A stretch of 64,000 nt of DNA from Eledone cirrhosa (lineage: Eukaryota). This document shows positions 1-64,000 of the stretch, one piece after another (the first letter of the stretch is position 1; every line of letters begins with the position of its first letter). The notes beneath the pieces are model-generated. The model saw only the letters and a list, made by a program, of their open reading frames with translations. It was not told the DNA's origin and made no database searches. The stretch covers positions 39,742,001-39,806,000 of the forward strand of contig OZ024752.1 in NCBI GenBank assembly GCA_964016885.1. The letters run 5' to 3'. The position numbers and the translations under genes were made by a program.

Positions 1-23
1 TATACATATATATATGTATATAA

Positions 24-2470
24 TCATCCTAGACTTAATTTTCAGCAATCACACTGACAATATCCACAATATTGCAGTGGAGAAAACTCTACTCTCTGAT
101 CATGACATGGTTCTCTGTGATCTGAGATTCCACCGTCCAATATACAAACCCAATGTCATCTCTCCTGTCCATCCATTTGACGCTATGGATTTCCACAATG
201 CAAACTGGGAAGCGATCAGTCATGATCTTGCACATGTCGACTGGTCCTTCACGCACATTCATACACCCACTAACATCAAAAAGTCCTGGCAGACATTTGT
301 GGACACTGTTACAAACATATGTGCAAAACACACCCCATTAAGAACTATAAACAAATCTAAGAGCAGAATCCCTAGAAATAGAAAAACGCTCATCAGAAAA
401 ATTAAGAGAACGAACAAAAAAATCAACAAGCTGAAATACTGTCAGCAGCAACACATCAACTTGACTGCCATTTCATCACTAGAGATTAAAAAACATAACC
501 TCCAAAACAACATAATGTCCCTCATCAACAATCAGAGAAGAGCTGAAGAGGCCTGGGCCATTGAGAAGATCAAACTCAATCCCAAAGTGTTCTTTTCATT
601 TGCAAAAAAACACAAAATCACTGGCTCTACTGTTGGCCCTCTAATTGATGAAAATGGCACTCTTCAAGACAATGCTAAAACCATGGGTGAGATACTGCAG
701 AAACAATACTGCTCTGTTTTCAGCAATCCTGATATGGCCGATCTGGGCTGTATCGGCGATGTTACTCCCCATTACACCTTATCGGACATAACGTTTGGCG
801 CCCCTGATGTCTTAGCGGCAATAAAGGAAATCAAGCATAATTCAGCAGTAGGTCCCGATAGGTTCCCTGCTTGTGTCTTGAAGGCGTGTCAACACCAACT
901 TGCATCTCCTCTTGCCAATCTGTGGCGGAACTCACTGGATGCTGGATATGTGCCAGAAAACCTTCTATCCCAGTCTGTTGTCCCAGTTTTCAAAAAGGGA
1001 AACAAATCCCTTGCCGTGAATTACCGTCCAATCTCACTCACCTCTCATATCATTAAGGTATTTGAGAGAGTGGTGAGATCGCGAATGACCCACTTCCTTG
1101 AGAGTAACAATATGCTGAACTCCAACCAGCATGGATTCCGTAATGGAAGGGATTGCCTGACGCAGCTACTGCATCACTTTGATGACATTTTGAGAGCCTT
1201 GGGAGAGGGTTCCAACACTGATGTTATCTACCTTGATTTCAGCAAGGCCTTTGACAGGGTTGATCATAACATTCTACTGAGAAAGCTGTCCAATATTGGT
1301 GTCACTGGAAAGCTGCTGCAGTGGATCAAGAGCTTCCTGTCAAATAGAACCCAACATGTTGTAGTTGAGGGAGTCAAATCCAGCCCAGCCAAAGTCAGTA
1401 GTGGGGTCCCACAAGGCACTGTGTTGGGCCCACTTCTCTTCATCATCTATATTAATGACATCACTGACATCATCAAACACAGCAACATTAAAATTTTCGC
1501 TGATGATTCCAAGCTCCAAAAGGTCATCAATGGCGTGGATGACCGGATAAGCCTTCAGTCAGACCTACTGGCTGTTACCCAATGGGCGGAAAAGAACAAC
1601 ATGTTACTGAACGAAGACAAATTCGAACTGATCCACTTTGGAAAAGAGGATGCTCTGAAACTCCCGTACTCCCTTCCCTCCGGGGAAACTCTCGTGGCAT
1701 CTAACAACATCAGAGACTTGGGAGTAACCGTGGACAGCAACATAAGCTGGGCCACGCATATAAGCAGCAAAGTTGACATGGCCCGCAGAATGTGTTCCTG
1801 GATCCTCAGAACCTTCCAGTCAAGAGATTCCCACACCATTATCCTTCTCTTCTCTACTTTTGCCCGACCACACCTTGAATACTGTTGTCCACTGTGGTCT
1901 CCCCACACGAAACAAAGTATCATGAAACTTGAAGCTCCTCAAAGGGCAATCACGAAAAAGATAGATGGCATGTCAGACCTTGACTACTGGGGTCGACTAG
2001 AAAAGCTGAAACTTTACTCACTCCAACGTCGCCGTGAGCGTTATATTATCTGCATGATGTGGAAAATGTTCCATCATCACTGCCCAAATGATGTTGGCAT
2101 CGCCTTCAAGATACACCCAAGGCTTGGGCCCCGTGCTATCCGTCCCATTCAAAAATCTAAATCGCAACTCATAACAACAATACGGCACAATTATTTCACC
2201 TCAATCGGCCCTGCTCTCTTCAACATCACACCAGGACACGTCAAAACAGAAACTGACCACACAAAATTCAAGAAGTCTTTGGACAAATTCCTCCAAGTAA
2301 TCCCGGACAAACCACCCACACCCGGATATGTCTCCGCAAACAGTAATTCTCTTCTCGAATGGGCCATGGTGCCCAAATCCTGAATTGAAAGACTTCGCCA
2401 GGTGGTGCTATTAAGTTAGACATGGCCTGGGCCAATACTGGCCAAAACATTTCAAAGTTATTCAAAGTTA
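24..2470 (+). mobile_element. 5'-truncated CR1/L2-type LINE with uninterrupted ORF2 (end of APE endonuclease plus reverse transcriptase)
   Basis: ORF 14-2383 has the APE C-terminal motifs LDLIF...SDH and RT motifs NYRPISLTS, QHGFR, YLDFSKAFD, GVPQGTVLGPLLF, FADD, RDLGV, RPHLEY. Short 3' UTR with a hairpin (ggccaatactggcc) and a (TTCAAAGTTA)2 tail. (TA)n on both flanks; the ORF-track ATG comes from the microsatellite. Confidence 0.93.
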
Positions 2471-3496
2471 TATTTATATGTATATATATATACATATATA
2501 TATATATGTATATAATCATATATATTTATATATATATATACACACATATATATGTATATATAATTATATATGTATATTAATTATATATGTATATAATCAT
2601 ATATATTTATATATATATATATACACACATATATATATGTATATTAATTATATATGTATATAATCATATATATTTATATATATATACTTATATATATATA
2701 TAATTATATATGTATATTAATTATGTATGTATATTAATTATATATGTATATTAATTATATATGTATATAATTAATTAAAAAATGTTCTCAAATTTTAATA
2801 TTTTTTCAATATTTTTTATTAGATTTATAACCACTAACTGATTCTGGCTAAATATATCTTTCAACATTTATACTTATTTTGACTAAATAGTCTCATACTA
2901 ACGAATAAATAAATTAAACTGGAGTTTTTCCGTATCGTCCCATTTTAAAATATATAAATATAAATATTCTTATTAACACAGTTAATTTAATTTAACTTAA
3001 TATTTACTTACATTAAATACAAAACCAATATCCCTCATAACTCATTAAAACAATTATCCATAACATGATATACCCATCTATTTATTTATTCATCTATTTA
3101 TTTATTTATTTATTTATTTACTTATTTATTTATTTATTTAATTATTTATTTATTTATTTATTTATAACAGAAAATATTATATTATAAACGAATTTTAAAC
3201 AACTAATAATCGTACTATTAAGATATATACTTAGAATATATTTCCCCCAAATTAACGTTATATGAGTTTTATTCATCCTCTCTTGTTTATTTCTTCTCTC
3301 TCATACTTTTTTTATTTCTTATCTTTCTCCGGTGTCGTTTAAATAAACGGTTGTTTTTCAATTATTTACATATTCATTTGCATATTCACACATAAGTTTG
3401 AATAATCCCTAATATATTTCCACTATTCAGTGAATTTCCAACCGATAAGGTATGATTTTCATGGGTATGTCTCTATTTATAAAACAAACTTTGTAA

Positions 3497-3554
3497 TTTA
3501 TCTGATGAAAGCGTACCAATGTTGTCTTGGTACGCTAGAAATATATATAATAAA
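3497..3554 (+). ncRNA. Type I minimal hammerhead ribozyme motif (Penelope pLTR-like)
   Basis: tttat-CTGATGA-a-agcgtaccaa(tgttgtc)ttggtacgct-a-GAAA-tatatat-A-ataaa; perfect 10-bp stem II, palindromic stem III. Confidence 0.65.
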
Positions 3555-3693
3555 ATAAATATGGTTTTATAAATATAGTTTCCATTGATGTAATATCATT
3601 GAATATTTACTCCAGTAACTTGTTGAGTGCTCTAAATCAGTTATAAACATTTATATTTGTTGGACTTCCAACAAATTAAATACCCCTTCTATT

Positions 3694-3728
<35 letters not shown>

Positions 3729-4329
3729 GTATATATATATGTATATATATATATATATATATCCCCCTTTTCTCTCCTTCTCCCTCTTACTTTCATTCAC
3801 CCCCTCTGCTAGTCACCCTCTCTCGGCTAGCCTCTTCCTCACACACTCTCTGTTACTCACCTTCTCTCTCACTTCCTCCATCGACCCACACCGTGCCTAA
3901 TTCTTTCCTCACTTACTTTTTTGCATGGTTGGAATGTATCTCTCGTCTTCTCGTCAATATTTGCAAGTTCTTATGTTCAAATGAATCATTGATTTGATTT
4001 CTCATTTTTTCCTCTCTTTACGTTGCCTCACCATTCATGTTTGTTTACCTGTCTCTCTTTCTCCACCCAACTCTTTTAATCCCAATAACTTATTTTAGTT
4101 ATTGTATCGCCCTAGTCTGAGATATATGGTCTTTAATGTGAAGAAATACCTATGATGGCTAGTAGATCACTAATGATGAATAGTCCTATTTCTAATTCTT
4201 CATTTTAATATGTATATCACATATGCAACAACACAACACTCCATTTTTCATTCCTATATATAATATATATATATATATTATATACGTATACACATATATA
4301 TATATATATAAAATTATATATAAATTTAT

Positions 4330-4363
<34 letters not shown>

Positions 4364-4557
4364 ATATATATATATATATAAATATAATATATATATATAT
4401 GTATATATATATATAACATTATATATATATATAATATATATATATATAAAATTATATATATATATATATAAAATTATATATATATATATATAAAATTATA
4501 TATATATATATATAAAATTATATATATATATATATAAAATTATATATATATATATAT

Positions 4558-4612
<55 letters not shown>

Positions 4613-4703
4613 AGAGTTAAACAAGATTCAATGAATACATCAAAGAATGAGTTTTACAATAGATTGGAAGCACTCTACAAAAAATATTTTCCAGAGTTAT
4701 TAA

Positions 4704-5435
4704 TATTAATTCCAAATATTAACAAAATAGATATTCATGTGATCAATTATATTTTATTATACATAGTTCAACAGTACGTCCTCATCAGATAAAATAAAAT
4801 GATACATGACATACCCAGACATGGTAAATGGTTAAGATTTAATCAAGGTAGTGATTAACTTATGACAAAACTCAATATTTATACCCTAATATTGAGAACA
4901 TGGGAAAACGTAATACAATCAATAGAGAGAGTGTGAGTAATATATTTTAAGAAATACATGGCATCAATATAACAGTTATAGAATTTTTAATATTTAATAT
5001 TTAAAAAAACTACTAGAGAAATATGAGGGAGAGGAAAGCATAGAGGAAGAAGTAGCTGATGTTATAACTTATTTAGTATTTAGCTTGAGAAGACAGATGA
5101 AAGATGTAGTTTTTTTAAATATTAAATATAAAAAATTCTATAAATGTTATATTGATGCCATGTATTTCTTAAAATATATTACTCACACTCTCTCTATTGA
5201 TTGTATTACGTTTTCCCATGTTCTCAATATTAGAGTATAAATATTGAGTTTTGTCATAAGTTAATCACTACCTTGATTAAATCTTAACCATCTACCATGT
5301 CAGGGTATGTCGTGTATCATTTTATTTTATCTGATGAGGACGTACTGTTGAACTTAATTCAGTACCTCTGAAATATGTATAATAAAATATAATTGATCAC
5401 AAGAATATCTATTTTGTTAATATTTGGAATTAATA
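4704..5435. repeat. ~310-330 bp inverted repeat (4704-5013 / 5106-5435) of a Penelope-like fragment
   Basis: Arms are near-exact reverse complements (e.g. catgggaaaacgtaatacaatcaatagagagag / ctctctctattgattgtattacgttttcccatg), ~92 bp spacer. Confidence 0.88.
5324..5388 (+). ncRNA. Type I hammerhead ribozyme motif
   Basis: attttat-CTGATGA-ggacgtactg...cagtacctct-GAAA-tatgtat-A-ataaaat. Confidence 0.62.
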
Positions 5436-5711
5436 TATATATATATAAAATTATATATATATATATATATAAAATTATATATATATATAAAATTATATAT
5501 ATATATAAAATTATATATATATATATATATAAAATTATATATATATATAAAATTATATATATATATAAAATTATATATATATATATAAAATTATATATAT
5601 ATATATAATATAAAAGATGTCAAAATGAATGGACCTGTTATTTTTATCTAATGACATTTTTTTCCAATTCCACCCCACCCGTCCCCTCAATCTATTTTAT
5701 TTCTCATTCTA

Positions 5712-5747
5712 TCTTCTGATGAAGGACTAGCGTCCGAAACGTTAAGA
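5712..5747 (+). ncRNA. Minimal type I hammerhead motif; decayed sister copy at 23012-23047
   Basis: tctt-CTGATGA-a-ggac(tagc)gtcc-GAAA-cgt-T-aaga; ACGT palindromic stem III. Confidence 0.68.
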
Positions 5748-6329
5748 CTCTCTTCCTGCTATATCAAGCGTTAACCTAATATATACCTTCCATATACTGT
5801 ACTGATTGTGTTGTTATTTCTGTTTACCTTTTACATATATATATATATGTATATATATATAAAATCATATATGTATATTAATTATATTTGTATAGCAGTT
5901 CACAATAATTAGAATTTTGAAAATTGGTTATTTATAAGGACTATTCTGCCAGGAGTTCCAACTGGTAGATAGTATTATCTCAACAATGGAAAGACCAATG
6001 GAAGCATTGTTTCATTGGTCTGATTTAACAAGTTCCACCCCACTTGGTAAGTGAGTGAGGTCTGGGAACTTGTAAATCGTTTGTTTACTTTCGTTACTTA
6101 TTCAAATATTAAGGTATTCCATCCTTATAAATTAAATATAAAAAATGTGTATCTGTACTGATTAAAAGCATTCTCCAGTGTCCAAACTTTACTTAAGGTA
6201 AGTTTAGGAATTTCTGAATGTGTATTTTACCTTATGCAACAAATTAAAATTTCACATAGTAAGAATAATTAAAGTGGCTAAAATGGGGTCAATAAAGTGC
6301 ATAGCTTGGATATCAGAGAGTCACTCCAG

Positions 6330-6625
6330 GTACTTCTCCAAATTGGGAAACCACAGCTCTGATATTATGGGCATGTGGTTAGAATGTCTCAGGCAAGAAT
6401 CTCTGGACAGATTTTACGGGCGAAACTAACATGTAGGAGACCCAAGGGTAGACCCCAAGCCAGATGGTTGAATAACATCCATGAACTGGATAGTTGGTCA
6501 CAGTTGGGGATCCAGCCAGATCCATTGGAGATGGTTACTTCTGAGAGGACCTGCTGGAGAGAGTGTTTGAGGATTCTGCCTCAACGACCCTCTGAGGAAT
6601 AAGTGGGCAAAGAAAAGAAGAAAAA
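6330..6625 (+). mobile_element. RTE-clade LINE 3' fragment; same family at 29430-29850 (+) and 52590-52835 (-)
   Basis: GHVxRMSQER...RPKGRPQARW C-terminal motif shared by the three copies. Confidence 0.75.
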
Positions 6626-6722
6626 TAAAACAAAATAATTATTTCTCCATTAATAATAAATTAAAATAAAAAAAATTGAGTTTATGTAGAAATTTATGAT
6701 TGTGCTATTTTTATTTTTCCAG

Positions 6723-62787
<56,065 letters not shown>

Positions 62788-64000
62788 GTAAGATATAAAT
62801 ATATATATATATTTTTTTTTTTTTTTTGTTCAATCACTGCTTAGACTGGGGTGTAGAGTCCCCCCCCCCCCCTCTCGTTTTTTGTTGCTTAATTCTCTTT
62901 TTTTCTTTTTCTTCTTTCTCATTCTTTTTGTTGTTGTTTGCTTCGGCTTTTTTTTTTTAAATACTAAGTTTCATATTTCATTAAAATTATGGATTTATTC
63001 TAATAGTAAGGGATGGTAACAAAAAATATATTGTAAATCCAGGGTTTTTAATATATTGTAAATTAAGGGCTTTTAAAGACTGTGGCATAATTCCAGGCAC
63101 ATCACATTAAATGGACAAAAAATAATTCTCACCAGATAAGATGTCTGTTTGGGTAAATCATCTGGTACCTAACCTACCAGTTTAGGTAAATAATTTGATA
63201 CCTCCCTGTTTAGGTAAATAGTTTGGTCCCTATCTGTTTGTATAAATAGTTTGGTACCTATCTGTTTAGGTAAATAATTTGTTTGGATTACTAGTTTGGT
63301 ATCTACCTACTCTTCATAATTAAGTCAACTGAAACATGCAGAATCAGTTGTTTTGGCCCAAATACACAACTGGAGATGTTATTTGAACTCAAGATCTATA
63401 TCTTGATAATCCAATAGTATTTCGATAGAAGAGGCTTGAACAATATTTACTAAATATGATCTAAAAGTTCTATCTATTTGCTATTGTAATTCAAACATTT
63501 TAACTATTTAATACCAAAAGGAAGTTTTTCTAAAATATTTGAATTTTTTTCATCTTCCAATCAACAATTGTTTAGCTGTTGAATAGTTGTAATCATTCTT
63601 ATGTTAGAATACAGGACAGTAAATGTTGCATGGCCAAATATATATAGTATGAAGGTGGGTTGAAAGTTCCTGGTTTTAAGGATAACGTGAAAAGGTAGAA
63701 CGGTTACTTTTACAGGAGAGGTAGGACTACCTTGTATAAGTGTGTGAATCTGTGAGTGGAATATGTTGACTAACATCCTAATTAACTGATCCTCCTATAT
63801 TTTCTTTTACCCAAAGCCAGAAACTTTTTAGCATCCTTTCACATATACTTTTATACTTTTAGATTTGGGTTTCTATAGAAAGACAAAATATCTTGTCAGT
63901 GATGGAAAATAAAAATAATTAGGGGGAATTTCTGGCTGATAGCATACTAACAAATTTGCTCAGAACATTGAGTGCCTGGAAACTGTTCAGAGACATGCAA

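Noticed and set aside
2770-3050. Possible GIY-YIG endonuclease remnant upstream of the 3497 hammerhead
   Set aside because: Only a KLNWS-like peptide in very AT-rich, stop-ridden sequence; not supportable without a profile search.
5896-6052. Possible extra cadherin short exon (ends in gtaagt)
   Set aside because: No phase-0 open frame from any nearby AG. The only open frame (LFCQEFQLVDS...) has no cadherin motifs.

Overview
AT-rich eukaryotic (metazoan) genomic DNA. The repeat landscape recalls octopod cephalopod genomes; this is my recollection of the SINE families, not a database result. The window lies inside one large + strand cadherin-superfamily gene. I can splice 29 GT-AG exons (6723-62787, 4641 nt, 1547 codons, no stops), all phase 0, strictly alternating long (59-64 codons) and short (39-48 codons). 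They encode about 14.5 cadherin (EC) repeats. No start, transmembrane segment or stop is in the window. The EC linkers are non-canonical (RNxxxP instead of DxNDNxP, no LDRE motif). Introns hold a 5'-truncated CR1/L2-type LINE with an open RT ORF, RTE, Tx1/L1 and RLE-type LINE remnants, two tRNA-derived SINE families, several DNA-transposon MITEs, mini- and microsatellites and a full-length 5S rRNA copy fused to a retroposon tail. There are also about 14 type I hammerhead-ribozyme motifs in Penelope-like fragments, several inside long inverted repeats or as islands in (TA)n. Most ORF-track entries (YIYI..., satellite ORFs) are artefacts.
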